The notes: generated from the letters alone by a model not told the origin. A stretch of DNA of 64,000 nucleotides from Dictyostelium discoideum (GCA_000004695.1 CM000153.2:5120001-5184000); one strand, 5' to 3'; counted from the stretch's first letter, positions 24,135-36,747 are shown. Numbers and translations are program-made.

Positions 24135-25250
24135 TTATGCATAGTTGACTGTAGAAGTAATTAATTCATTTGTTAAAAATGTTGCATAGGAAAAAGGAAA
24201 GCTCTTATATAATTTTCTATATCCTTGAGTTTTTACTAAATTAGTTGCTATTGAGATTGGATTAGTTGACAATAAATTAACAGAATTACCAAGATAACGT
24301 TGAACGAATAAAAAAGACAATTGACAAAGAACTGTTTCGCATGGAACGATAGCCAACGTTCTTAAAAAGGTTTTAGCGTATATTGATTTAATTATGAGTG
24401 TTGAATTTCTCCAAAATGTTGATTTTGGATTCTCTAATGATTTAGATTCGACATATTCAATTAATATATTATGTAATTTATTTACAATACCCTTTATAAG
24501 TCTACCTGTAGTATGCATCGCAACTGATGAAATAAAAGCGTAGGCTTCATTTTTAAAATTTAATTTTCCAGTTACCCCATCTTGACAAAGTACAACTTTT
24601 TTAATTAATTCCAAAAATGATAGTTTGTTGGCAGTTTGTATATAACATTCAAGTGAGAATGCAACAAATGATGTATAACACCATAGAATTTCATCCATTA
24701 ATTTACCCATTGTTGAGGATGGATAGATTAATTCATCCTTTAATTTAAAAAGTGGTCGTAGTAAGGAAGGAGCAAAGGTTTGTGCTAAAATGATTTTACC
24801 TAATGAAAATGCATTATTATTTCTATTGAATGATTGAAGAACTCCAAGTGAGTTAGAATAACTTGGAGTTGTATTTATAACAAATGAAGCTATTTTAAAT
24901 CTTGCTGCTAAAATTCCCATAATTGAGAGTAGGGTATGATTTTTTTGATTTAATGATTTAAAGTATTCAAGTTCAAAGGTGACCATCTCATCATGTATTT
25001 CTCTATCATAATAATCCCTTAACCTTTTATCTGAAATTACTGAATAGGCCGCATCGAAACTCTCTGTTTTTTGTTTATCATTTTCGAAATTACTTCAAAC
25101 TTTTTTATTTAAATGAGCAATTTTATCGATAGTATCTTCTTTTTTAACTCCTAAAAATCTATAAAGTTCACCACAATGACATTCATGTGTTGCATAAAAT
25201 ATTTTTACTTTATCTTCTTCAGTAATTGGAAAAATTTGTGTATCTTTCAT
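24135..25250 (-). pseudogene. Paralog 1 of the J-like/tripartite-repeat family, carrying an in-frame TGA (25095-25097); it is either a pseudogene or a base-call error
   Basis: The minus-strand reading frame from the ATG at 25250 reads MKDTQIFPITEEDKVKIFYATHECHCGELYRFLGVKKEDTIDKIAHLNKKV, then TGA, then SNFENDK...MVTFELEY... It is collinear and in frame with paralogs 2 and 3 over its whole length. ORF 24135..24986 is only the part downstream of the stop. Confidence 0.55.
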
Positions 25251-25532
25251 TTATTTATTTATTTTTTTTTTTTTTTTTTTTTTGTTTAAATTATAATGTA
25301 TAATAATAATGATTCTGTTTTTTTTTTAGATATTTTTTGGAAAATTGAGTTGATTTTTTTAAAAAAATAAAACCATCATCATAATTTGTTGTAATCATAA
25401 TTAGTTAATAGAAAAATAAAAAAAGAGGGTTACACTCTTATTAAAAAGTACTCAAAATCATTTTAATTTTAAAGTTTAAAGAAAATTAATTTTATTATTT
25501 ATTTTTAGGTTTATTATTATTATTTTAAAAAA

Positions 25533-26657
25533 TTAAAGGTCTGTTGATATATTAGAAATAAGGTATTCTTCTAATAAAAGGGAGATATAAGAAAATGGTA
25601 AAGATTTATATAATTTTCTATATCCTTGAGATTTTACTAAATCAACTGCTAATGAGATTGGATTGATTGATAATGATAGAGTTGGTTTACCAAGATAACG
25701 TTGAACATATAAATAAGAGTATTGAGAATGAATTGCTTCATATGGAACGAGGAACAATGACATAAAAATACTTTTAACGTATATTGATTTAATTATGAGT
25801 GAGTTTCTCCAAAATGTTGAATTTGGATTCTCTAATGATTTCGACTCAACATATGCTTCAACTTTATTATAACCAATTCTTAAGAGTCTACTTAATGCGT
25901 ACATTCCAAATGATGAAATAAAAGTGTAGGCTACATTTTTAAAATTTAATTTTCTAGTTACCCCATCTTGACAAAGTACCACTTTTTTAACTACTTCCAA
26001 AAACGATAAATTGTGTGCAGTTTGCATATAACAATCAAGTGGGAAGGTTATAATAAATGTAGAGAGATAGGAAACAATTTCATCTGTTAATTTACCAACC
26101 ATTGAGAATGAATAGGTGTATTTATCCTTCAATATAAAAAGTGGTTGAATTATCATTGCAAGAGTTGAAGGAAGCATTGCTTGTGTCAAAACGATTTTAC
26201 CTAATGAAAATGCACTATGTTTTTTAATGAAAGATCTGAGAATTTGAAGTGAACTAATTGATGGTGGACTTGGAGTTGTATTTATTACAAGTGAGATTAT
26301 TTCCAATGGTGCTAATAAAGCTCCAATTGTTGAGAGTAGGGTTTGATTTTTTTGATTTAATGATTGAAAATATTTAAGTTCTTCTCTAACCATATCATCA
26401 TACAATTTTTCATCATAGTAATCTCTTAATCTTTTATCTGAAATTATTTCATATGCTGCATCCAAGCTGGCCGTGACTATTTCATCATTTTTAAAATTAC
26501 TTTTAATTTCTTTATATGTATGAGCAATTTTATCAATAGTATCTTCTTTTTTAACTCCTAAAAATCTATAAAGTTCACCACATTTATGATACTGAATTGC
26601 ATAACAAATTTTTTTAACATCTTCGATAGTAATTGGGAAAATTTGTGAATCTTTCAT
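25533..26657 (-). CDS. Paralog 2: N-terminal degenerate J-domain (no HPD) plus a C-terminal tripartite Px[DE]-repeat membrane-like domain
   Basis: The 374-aa ORF has YRFLGVKKEDTIDKIAHTYKEIKSNFKNDE...AYEIISDKRLRDYYD, a J-domain helix II-III pattern with FKNDE in place of HPD. Three PLE/PLD/PYE motifs follow at about 90-100-aa spacing, each after a hydrophobic stretch. Confidence 0.65.
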   Translation of the reverse strand: MKDSQIFPITIEDVKKICYAIQYHKCGELYRFLGVKKEDTIDKIAHTYKEIKSNFKNDEIVTASLDAAYEIISDKRLRDYYDEKLYDDMVREELKYFQSLNQKNQTLLSTIGALLAPLEIISLVINTTPSPPSISSLQILRSFIKKHSAFSLGKIVLTQAMLPSTLAMIIQPLFILKDKYTYSFSMVGKLTDEIVSYLSTFIITFPLDCYMQTAHNLSFLEVVKKVVLCQDGVTRKLNFKNVAYTFISSFGMYALSRLLRIGYNKVEAYVESKSLENPNSTFWRNSLIIKSIYVKSIFMSLFLVPYEAIHSQYSYLYVQRYLGKPTLSLSINPISLAVDLVKSQGYRKLYKSLPFSYISLLLEEYLISNISTDL

Positions 26658-27351
26658 TTGTTTTTATTTAATGTTAATAATAATTGATTTATTTTCTTTT
26701 TTTTTTGATTAAAAGTGAAAATAAAAAAAAAAAAAATTTTTTGTTTTTTATTAGATATTTCCCAAAAAAAAGATATTTATGTGGGGTAAGCCATAATTTA
26801 TTTTATTTTTTTTTTAAAAATTAAAAACAAAAAAAAAAAAAAAGAATTGTTGTGGAAATAGAGATAAATTAATTAAAAAAAAAAAAAAAAAAATTAAATG
26901 ATTTTGAAAGGGAAACAATAGTTTTACTTGATTGATAAAAGGAAAATGATAAATAAGGTAATGATAACTCGAGTGATGAAAAAATTACTTTAAAAGAGAA
27001 TGAAGATTATGTTATCAATCAAGAACAAGACAAGAAGAAATCATGGTTACTCGAGATATGGAAATTTAATGAAGATTTAGAATTCATATGACGGTAAAGA
27101 AGATGGTGTTTATTATGAAATGGACAAGATGGTGATGAAGAGGATGAAGAATTTAAATAATTATGTAAAAAATTATGTTTAATTCTAAAATGTGATTCAA
27201 AAAAATGCATTATTTCAATTCAATTTGAGTTTAACTTAATTTTTTTTATTTATTGCAATTTTTTTTTTTTTGTTTTTTATATTTTCTATTGTTTTTATAT
27301 ATTTTGAAATTTAATATTTCAGGAATTTTCCAAAGATGGATGGTAAAAATA

Positions 27352-27778
27352 TTAAACAGTATTGCAAGTCAAAACAGTTGAACCTTTGTTTGTTAAGGTT
27401 AATTCAAATCCTCCAAAACTACGGTCATATTCGCCAAAGTCATTAAATGTATCCTGTTCAGCTGGTGAGACTCCAGCTTGCATTTGAATTGTACCAACAC
27501 CACCCCCATCAACTTCACAATTAACAACTGTTGGTTTTGTTGCCCATGTTGGCTAAAAATATATAAAAAAATAAAAAAATAAAAAAAATAATAAATAAAA
27601 GGTTAGGATTTTAAAATGAAATAAATATATTATAAAATTTAATAAAATTTACAATTGATCCTTGAGATTGTCCTGGTTGTAAAGTCCATGGTCTAAATAA
27701 TAATAATTTTAGGTTATTTATTAGATACAATTTCAATTAAAAATGAAAATTTTTTTTATCTTTATATTACCCAGCCAT
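27352..27778 (-). CDS. Small three-exon gene (83 aa) not in the ORF track; exons 27778-27771, 27692-27653, 27552-27352
   Basis: The minus strand reads ATG GCT GG, then a GTAATA intron (78 bp, ends TTTAG), then exon 2 encoding (G)PWTLQPGQSQGSI, then a GTAAAT intron (100 bp, ends TTTAG), then exon 3 encoding PTWATKPTVVNCEVDGGGVGTIQMQAGVSPAEQDTFNDFGEYDRSFGGFELTLTNKGSTVLTCNTV and TAA at 27352-27354. Phases are consistent (2, 0). The region is less AT-rich than its surroundings. Confidence 0.45.
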
Positions 27779-28726
27779 TTTTTATTTAATTTTTTAATTT
27801 ATTTAGAAAATTTTAAGATGTTAGAAAATTTTATAATTATTTAATTTTTAATTATTTAATAAAAAAAAAAAAAAAAATTTAAATATTTTTTTTTTTTTTC
27901 TCAAAAAAAAAAATCAAATTTTAATTCTTAAAATAAATAATTAAAATTCAAACAATCTATTTTTTTTTGGGCATTATAAGAAAAGATTATTTTTTATTGT
28001 GATTTTGATAAGTAAGTTGGTTCTTCTCTAAACAAAAAATAGAAAAGAGGTTTTGTTTTTAAGTTTTCTCCACAAAATATTAAAAAAAAAAAAAAAAAAT
28101 TTATTTTTAACCAAAACTTTCCAAATTAGATTTTTTTTTTTGGGTGAATTTGGCAATTTTTTATTTTTTAAAAAAATTAAAATAAAAATAAAAAATGGTT
28201 GTAAACGTGTTGTTTAAATTGACTTTTAGTACTCTTTTTTTTTATTAATATTATTAAATAATTCCAATTTTTTATGGGCATTATTAGAATTTATTTTGTA
28301 AATATGGTAAAAATCATTTTTATGTTTTTTTTGTTTTTTTTTTTGTTTTTTTTTTTGACCAGTTAGGTGTCTCTTAATTATCCAAAAGTTTTTTTTTTTT
28401 TTTAAAAAAAGGCATTATTTGCAAATGATAATTCAAAAAATAAAATAAAAAATAAAAAAAAATAAATGCCACAATTTTAATTTGTTATGACTTTAAATTT
28501 ATTTTTTTCTTTTTTTTTATTTTTTATTTTTTATAATTTTTATGATTAATGCTTTTAACAAAATACCACAATTTAGAAACACTTTTAAATATTTATTTTA
28601 ATTTGATTTTGCTTGGAACTGGTTTTAATTTTTTGTGATAATAAATATTCACTTAAAAAAAAAGTTTCACAATCTTTATTATAATATACTAATAAATCCT
28701 TGTTTTTTTATTTATTAATTTTAAAT

Positions 28727-29869
28727 TTATTCTGAATATTCTAAATCTCCTTTTAAAAAAGAGTATACAAATCCTTCCAATAAATGTATTAAATAGGAAA
28801 ATGGTAAAGATTTATATAATTTTTTAAATCCTTGGGTTTTTACTAAATCAACTGCTAATGAGATTGGATTGTTTGTTAATATTTGAACTGGGTTACCAAG
28901 ATAACGTTGAACATATAAATAAGAGTATTGAGAATTAATTGCTTCAAGTGGGGCTAGAACCAATGACATTAAAATACTTTTAACGTATACTGATTTAATT
29001 AAGAGTGCGTTTCTCCAAATTGCTGAATTTGGATTCTCCACTGATTTCGATTCGATATATCCTTCCAATTTATCAACTCCAATTCTTAAAGTTTTACTTA
29101 ACACATAAATTCCAAATGACGAAATAAAAGTGTGGGCTAAATTTTTAAAATTGAATTTTCCAGTCACCCCATCTTGACAAAGTACAACTTTTTTAATCAC
29201 TTCAAAAAATGATAAATACTTTACAGTTTGTACATAACATTCAATTGGAAATATAACAATGAATGATGAAAAGTAGTTTATAATTTCATCTGTAATTTTA
29301 CCGGTTTTAGAGAATGGATATGCGAATTTATCTTTTAATCTGTAAAGTTGTTGTTGAACCAATATTCCAATAGTTGATGGAAGAACTGCTTGTGCTAAAA
29401 AGATTTTACCCACTGATAAAAACCCATTATTTTTAAAGAACGATTGAAGAATTTTCATTGAACTAACTGATGATGACGAATTTGGTGCAGTGTGTATAAT
29501 AACCGATACCATTTCCAATGGTGCCAAAGCAGTTCCAACCATACTGAGAAGAGCATTATTTCTTTTACTTATTGATTGATTATATTCAAGTTCTATTCTT
29601 ACCAACTCGTTATAAAAATTTTTATCATAGCAATCTCTTAATCTTTTATCTGAAATTATTGAATATGCCACATCTAAACGTTCAAGAGTCATTTTATCAT
29701 TTTCAAAATTACTTCTAATTTCTTTATATGTAAGAGCAATTTTATCAATAGTATATTCTTTTTTAACTCCTAAAAATCTATAAAGTTCACCACATTGACA
29801 ACCATCAAAGGCATAAATAATTTTATCAACATCCTCTTGAGTGATTTGAAAAATTTGTGTATCTTTCAT
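28727..29869 (-). CDS. Paralog 3: the same architecture as 25533..26657
   Basis: The 380-aa ORF is collinear with paralog 2 and roughly 60% identical by eye (MKDTQIFQITQEDVDKIIYAFDGCQCGELYRFLGVKKEYTIDKIALTYKEIRSNFENDK...AYSIISDKRLRDCYD...PLEMVS...FPIECYVQ...APLEAINSQYSYLYVQRYLG). Confidence 0.65.
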   Translation of the reverse strand: MKDTQIFQITQEDVDKIIYAFDGCQCGELYRFLGVKKEYTIDKIALTYKEIRSNFENDKMTLERLDVAYSIISDKRLRDCYDKNFYNELVRIELEYNQSISKRNNALLSMVGTALAPLEMVSVIIHTAPNSSSSVSSMKILQSFFKNNGFLSVGKIFLAQAVLPSTIGILVQQQLYRLKDKFAYPFSKTGKITDEIINYFSSFIVIFPIECYVQTVKYLSFFEVIKKVVLCQDGVTGKFNFKNLAHTFISSFGIYVLSKTLRIGVDKLEGYIESKSVENPNSAIWRNALLIKSVYVKSILMSLVLAPLEAINSQYSYLYVQRYLGNPVQILTNNPISLAVDLVKTQGFKKLYKSLPFSYLIHLLEGFVYSFLKGDLEYSE

Positions 29870-30411
29870 TTGTTTCTTTAAATAACAATTTTCTTTTTCT
29901 TTTCTATTTTTTTTTTATTTATTTTCAAAAAAAAAATTTTGATATTCAATAAAGAAACAAAAAAAAAATTTTATATTGGTGAAAAAAAAAAAAAAAATAT
30001 CTTTCATAAAAAAAAAAATATCTTTTTAAATTGTCAAAAAAAAATATCTTTTAAAATTGTTTCATTATAAAAAATCATACTGAAAAACAAAACACAAGGC
30101 ATTTTTTTTTCTTTCTAAAACAAAACAGCACTATTTTTCTTTTTTTTCTTTTTTTTTGATTGTTTTTTTTTTGATTGTTTTTTTATTTATTTTTTTTTTT
30201 TTTTTTTAATGCAAATAAAAAAAATTAAATTCTATTTCTTTTTTTATTTTTTTTATTTTTGATTAAAAAAAAGAAAAAAAAGAAAATTTATATTTATAAA
30301 TTGTTTTATCTTTTATTTTAAAATAATAAATATTTTTTATTATTATTATTTATGTATTATTTAATTTACTATTTACCATTTACTATTTATTTATTATTTA
30401 TTGTTAAGTAA

Positions 30412-32456
30412 TTATTTTCCTCTTAATTGATTCCTTCTATGTTTAAAAATGATAAACATTCCAATAAAGATGCAAACCAAATTGAAAACAAAACTTAAAA
30501 TAAAACATGTTCTAAAACAATGAGTTCCATGACACTTTTCTCCATCTACTGATAAACTATCATAAATCTTACTGCTAAATGTGCTAAAGGCAAGTGATGC
30601 TGATGCTGATGAAATTGCCAACTAAAGAAAAAAAAGTAAAATATTAATATTTTAATTTTAAAAATAAAAAAAAATAAAAAAACAAATAAAAAAATAAAAA
30701 AAAAAAAAGAGAGAGAGAAAAAGGAAAACTTACAAAACCGAAATTAATACCAAATCTTCTTGGACCAAATCTTAAACTTGTTAATGATACCATAATTGAA
30801 ACCATTCCACCATAACCAATTCCAGTAATTATAGTTGCTGGATAAAACAAAGCATCTAATTCAAATGAAATGATTAAATGAGTTAAAGAGAGTATAAAAC
30901 TAGATAGAACAACGCACCAGAATCTAGAATATTTTTTAGATCTATTAAATAAATAAAAAAATTTAAAAAAAATTAATTAATTATAATGTTAAATAAATAA
31001 TAGTAGTAAATAATTCCAAAAAATAAAATAAAATAAAAATAATACAAACATAAAATCAGATAATAAACCATTTCCAGCTCTACCTGTCAAATTACTACAT
31101 GCGAAAATAATAACAAGATCACTATAATATGTATATTAATTAATTAATAACAGTTTAATTTTTATTTTTTTTTTTATTTATTTACATGTAATTAGTTTTT
31201 ATTAACAAACATACCTATGAATTGAAGATGGTCTATTAAATGCTTGAGCCATAACTGCAATATTATTTAAAAACATTAAACTAGTACCTGCTGCAAAGAA
31301 ATAAATAATCCACATTAACCAAAATTCCCATTGCTTTAATAATTTTAAACCTGAAATATCTCTTCTACCTATAAACATTTAATAATTTATTATTTGTTAA
31401 TAATGAAAAGAGAGAGGAAAATAAAATAATAATAATAATAATTTTTTATTTACCATCTAAATAATTTGGATTTCTTTCTACATCTAAATCTGCACCTATA
31501 GCTGCAACCTCATCAAAATCTTCGATTTTGTTTAGTAATTTATAACTAGAAGAATCTAAACTATTATTATTATTAGTAATATTATTAATTAAAGTTTTTA
31601 ATTTACCTCCTTTTTTTTGCATATTAACATCACTACTATTTAAGTCACCACTACCCTTGTTATTATCACTACTACTACCACTACCACTACTAGAGGTACC
31701 ATTCTCCTCATCAATTCCAATGTTGCCACCATTTGTAATAGAATTACCACTTATTGTTAGATCTTCAGTACTTTGGTTGAATTGATCACTTAATTTTTGT
31801 TCTTTTTTATCAATTGAATTATCAAGTTGATCAGCATCATCACTATCACTTTGAATTTCTGGTTCTTCGACACCCTCAACCTTTACAACTCTAACAATAA
31901 ATGCTGAAATAAATGCAACAGAACTAAGGAGAATGGCTAAAAATAATAAATATCCTTCGACATCATTATTCTTTTTAAATGTTGATTTATAAATAATACC
32001 AAAAATACCCGATGATAATGCAAACATACCAACTAATATACCTCCAATCTAAAATAAATAAATAAAATAAAATACAAATAAATTGATTAATATTTTATTA
32101 TTATAATAATAATAAATAATAATAAATAATAAATAATAAATAATAATTACCTTTCCTCTATGTTTAATTGTATAATTATGAACATTTGGAACGATTGAAG
32201 CTGTAAATGTTGCATGTGAAGCTTGACCAACTAAAAATAAAAAGAATGATAACAAGTATACATTGTTAATTATTGTACCCTTTAAAATACCCCAAACACC
32301 CATATATCCAATGATATATAATACTGTTGCTAACAATGATGTATAAAATGGTCCGAATAAATCAAAGAAATACCCAACTGTTAATCCAATGTATCTATAT
32401 TTAAATTAATAATATGAGTTAGGAATTTGGAGAGAGAGAGAGAGAAGAGAGAAGAG

Positions 32457-32493
<37 letters not shown>

Positions 32494-32907
32494 GGAAAAA
32501 ACTTACATTCCAACATCACCAAGTGAAATTGCTAAACCAATATCAGTTTGACTATAATCTAATCTATCTCTAACTTCATTAGAAATAACACTAAAACCAT
32601 ATAGAGTACCAGATATTAAAATTGTTAAAACACCCCAAACGAATGAAATGGTTCGTTGTGTTCTTTTATTTTTAATAATATGAGGAGGTTTATAAAATCT
32701 ATGTAAACCTTTTTCTTTTTCAATTTTTTTTTTATTTCTTTTCTTTAAGTATCTTGTATTATCATCATCCTGATCATCATTTATATTAATATTTACATTG
32801 TCAATACTATTCTTTAATGAATCTTCTTCTTCCTTTGTTATTGAATAATTAGAATCGGTTAATTCATTATTATTATTGCCATTACTACTATTTATAGTAT
32901 CAGACAT
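30412..32907 (-). CDS. Major facilitator superfamily (nodulin-like) transporter; 7 exons: 32907-32507, 32394-32151, 32048-31454, 31368-31215, 31121-31050, 30941-30734, 30621-30412
   Basis: Five minus-strand ORF fragments plus two short exons are joined by six AT-rich introns (donors GTAAGT, GTAATT, GTAAAT, GTATGT, GTTTGT, GTAAGT; all acceptors AG). Cumulative phases are self-consistent (2, 0, 1, 2, 2, 0). The product has about 12 hydrophobic helices with an MFS-like layout (GTLYGFSV, GLTVGYFFDLFGP, GIGYGGMVSIMVSL) and a long hydrophilic central loop. Confidence 0.75.
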
Positions 32908-33530
32908 TATTAAAGGTTTTGTTTGTTTTGTTTTGTTTTTTTTTTTTTTTTTTTTTTGGGAAAAGAATAATAGTTTTTATTATTTTTTTATTTGTTTTTT
33001 TTATTTTTATTTTTATTTTTATATTAAAAAGTTTAATTTAATCAAAGAGATTAGGTTGACTAGAATACAGAGTTGGAATATAAATTTTAACCAACAAAGT
33101 TTTGAAATAATAAATTTTTTTTATTACTATTTTATTATTTTTTTTTTTTTATATTTTCTATTTGGTGTCTGTTTTATTCTTTTTTTTTAAAAAAAATTCA
33201 GTAATACCAGAGTTTCAGCGGGTTTATGTGGGATGGAGTGAATGTGTGATTTTATTTTTATTGGTGAAAAGATATCGTTTTATCTTTTTACTATTGTATT
33301 AATGTGTGGTAGTGTGGTAGTGTGGTAGTATTATTGTAGTAAAATTGGTAGTGTGCGTGTGTGTGAGTGTGGTAGTAAATTATAAAAATATTTAATAATA
33401 AAATATAAATATATATGTATATATTTTATTTTATATTTTGTAGAGAATAATTTAGTAGTGATATTTTTTATTTTTGAATAAATAGCATGCAAAAAAAAAA
33501 AAAAAAAAAAGGAGAGACTTTTTAACAAAA

Positions 33531-33810
<280 letters not shown>

Positions 33811-34260
33811 AAGGTTATGTTTTTTGGTTTTATTTATTAATTTTTAATTTCATTAATGATGATTAATTTTGATAATAATTTGTCATTTACGATGAGAAGT
33901 TAATAAATATTTGATAAAAAAAAAAAAAAAAAAATAATAATAAAAAAAATAGTATCAGTTTTGATTTATCAAAAAAAAAAAATAAAAAAATAAAATTAAA
34001 AAATAATAAAAAAAAAAATTTATAAAATATTTAAAAAAATAATATTTTGAATGGGAAATTTCAAAAAAAAAAAAAAAAAAAAAAGATATTTTTCTTTTTT
34101 TTTAGACTAAAAATAGTTTTAAATTTAATTTATGTTTAAATTATTATTATTATTATAATTTCTTTTATTTTTTTTTTATTATTTTTTTTTTTATTATTTT
34201 TTTTTTTCAAATAAATATTATTTGTATATATATTTTTTAAATTATTTATTTCTTTTTTTT

Positions 34261-34291
<31 letters not shown>

Positions 34292-34309
34292 TTTTATAAA
34301 TTTTTTAAT

Positions 34310-35960
34310 TTAATTTAAATCAAAATATTTTCTAAAAAGAGGACAATATTTACTTTCTACAGTAACAAATTCTTTAAAGAATAAACTCTTTGAGTCTTTA
34401 GTTGTACAAGTTTGAGATTTTAATAATAAGAATTGATCAAAGAGTTTATCGATAGTTTCTTTGTCAGAATCTTTATAGTCATTGTAAAGACCACCATATT
34501 GACCCTCCTCTTTGGAATCCTCAAACAAGATGACGAAATAAGAGGAAAGATGATTTTGAATGGAAAACATGAAATGTTGTTGACATTCTTTTGGTGCCAA
34601 TGTCATCAATTGTAAATAGAATTCCATTGGTGTTAAGATATCATCCAAATCACCACTTTCTAAACAATAGATAACATCATTCGAGATTGCTCTTTCATGG
34701 CATGATAAAAGTTTGATACACTGTTCTTTACTCTCAACGGATGGTAATGATTGATAGATTTCAAATAAACCTTGAGTCTCCTCCAATGTAAGATGTTCCT
34801 CCTTCCATGTATTTAAATATTCAACCAAGATTGAATAAAACTTTTCAATGAATAATTTTGAATCGGTATTCTTTAAAATTGAATGGAAAACAGAAATGAA
34901 TTCACTATTAATCTCACCTTCCTCTTCATCAACGCCATCATCACCACCACCACCATTTACCAATATGAATCTATTCAAATATTCAATAATCTTTTCAACA
35001 TTATCTCTTATAAATAATCCAACAACTTTATTCTCACGTAATAAAAATGTTGATTCATTCTTTTCTAATGATTCACAACCAGCATTACTTTATTTTTTTG
35101 GAAAAAAAAAAATAAAAAATTAATAAATTTTGTTTTTTTTTTTTTTTTTTTTTAATATATTAATTAATATTTTACATACGTTATTTTTTCAATATTTTTT
35201 AAATAATATTGTTCTTGATCAGAGTCAGTTAAATAACAACAAATACTCATGAAATAAGTTGCTCTTTGTTTTTTATCAGCCAACATTGGTAATTGATATT
35301 CAAGATTTTTTAAAAGATGTGAAGATAATTCCTGTTTCTTTTCAGAGGTTAATAATTGTTGACCATTGAAAATACCCAATGATAATGAAACTAAACCTGA
35401 TAATGACTCTTTGGTTTTTTGCATTAATTCAATTGATGAAACTTTTAATAATAAATCAAATGGTGTTTTCTCTGATGATGCTTGATCAATGAATGCTTGA
35501 TCATTCTCTTCAATTTGTGTACCTAATACTAAACCAACTCTTGATAAAAAGAATTTAATTGTTTTAATTGCAATATGGCCATCTCCTGAATCTAAATCTT
35601 TATATAAATCCAAATACTAATTTTTTAAAAATAAAAAAAATAAAAAAAAAAAAAAAAAAATTAGTAAATAAATAAAAAAATAAAAAAAAATTAATAAAAA
35701 AAAAAAAAAAATTAAAATTATATAATTACATTAACTAAAATTTCAAATAATTCGAATCTCCAATTTATAATAATATCTAAAGATGAAAGTGCTTGAATGG
35801 CAAAGAATTTAACTTGATCTGATGATTCTAATGTAATTAAGGTTTCATATAATTCTATTACTTTTTTATCATCTTTATTTTCCATATAATATTTAATAAA
35901 TAAACAAGTTGATAATGCTCTTAAAATGTAATTATTACTTTTAACCCATTCTTCTAATTC

Positions 35961-36010
<50 letters not shown>

Positions 36011-36466
36011 CGTTTTATAAAATTGAAAAAAGAGAAGTCAGCGACTGGCAAATTTTTTTTTTTTATTTTTTTTTTTTATTTCCACTCCGACATTTTTTTT
36101 TAATTTTTTTTTAATTTTTTTTTTTTATTTTTGGCACACGATAAAAATAGATAAAAATAAATCCAAAAAAAAAAAAATAATAAAAAATAATAATGACTTA
36201 CGATTAATTTTTAATTTTTTTGAGATCATAAAAATGACAACAGAATTAATTGTACTTAAAATTTGACATGATTTTAATGTAGTGGTTGTAATGAATTCTT
36301 CAACTGCTTTTTTAAAATCTTCAACACTCCATTTTGAACATTGTTTTAATAAATCTTCTGAAACCATTTCTTCTAAATCGCTATCACTTTTATTTACACT
36401 TGATAATATAAAAACATTATCTGATTTTGCAATACCTTCATTTAAAAATTTTATTATTTCTTGCAT
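34310..36466 (-). CDS. Uncharacterized alpha-helical protein, about 570 aa; 4 exons: 36466-36202, 35959-35730, 35616-35180, 35087-34310
   Basis: ORFs 36125..36466, 35164..35613 and 34310..34978 plus an unlisted exon are joined by three introns (donors GTAAGT, GTAATT, GTATGT; acceptors AG). Cumulative phases are consistent (1, 0, 2) and the product ends at TAA 34310-34312. I recognise no domain with confidence. Confidence 0.55.
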
Positions 36467-36502
36467 TTTTTATTTATTTTTATTATTATTATTTAAATTG
36501 TT

Positions 36503-36540
36503 TGTGTGTTTTGTGTGTGCGTGTGTGTTTATGTGTGAGA
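36503..36540. repeat. (GT)n-like microsatellite
   Basis: The sequence reads gtgtgtgttttgtgtgtgcgtgtgtgtttatgtgtgag. Confidence 0.8.
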
Positions 36541-36715
36541 AAAAAATCCTATTTATTTATTTATATATATGTACAAATTTTTTTTTTTTTTTATATTTTA
36601 TTATTTTTTTATTTTTATTTTTGCTTTTTTTTTTTTTTTCTATCCTCTCAAAATAATTTTATTTTTCATGAAAAAAAAAAAAAAATAAAAAAATAAAAAT
36701 AAAAAAAAAACAATT

Positions 36716-36747
<32 letters not shown>

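Noticed and set aside
27019-27210. Minus ORF 27019..27210 (H/S-rich) between paralogs 2 and 3.
   Set aside because: It has no start context or domain. It lies in a spacer with scattered GA-rich sequence and is probably non-coding.
36282-36696. Plus-strand ORFs 36282..36656 and 36427..36696 and minus ORF 36978..37187.
   Set aside because: They are antisense to exon 1 of the 34310-36466 gene or read through the GT microsatellite and poly-T tracts.
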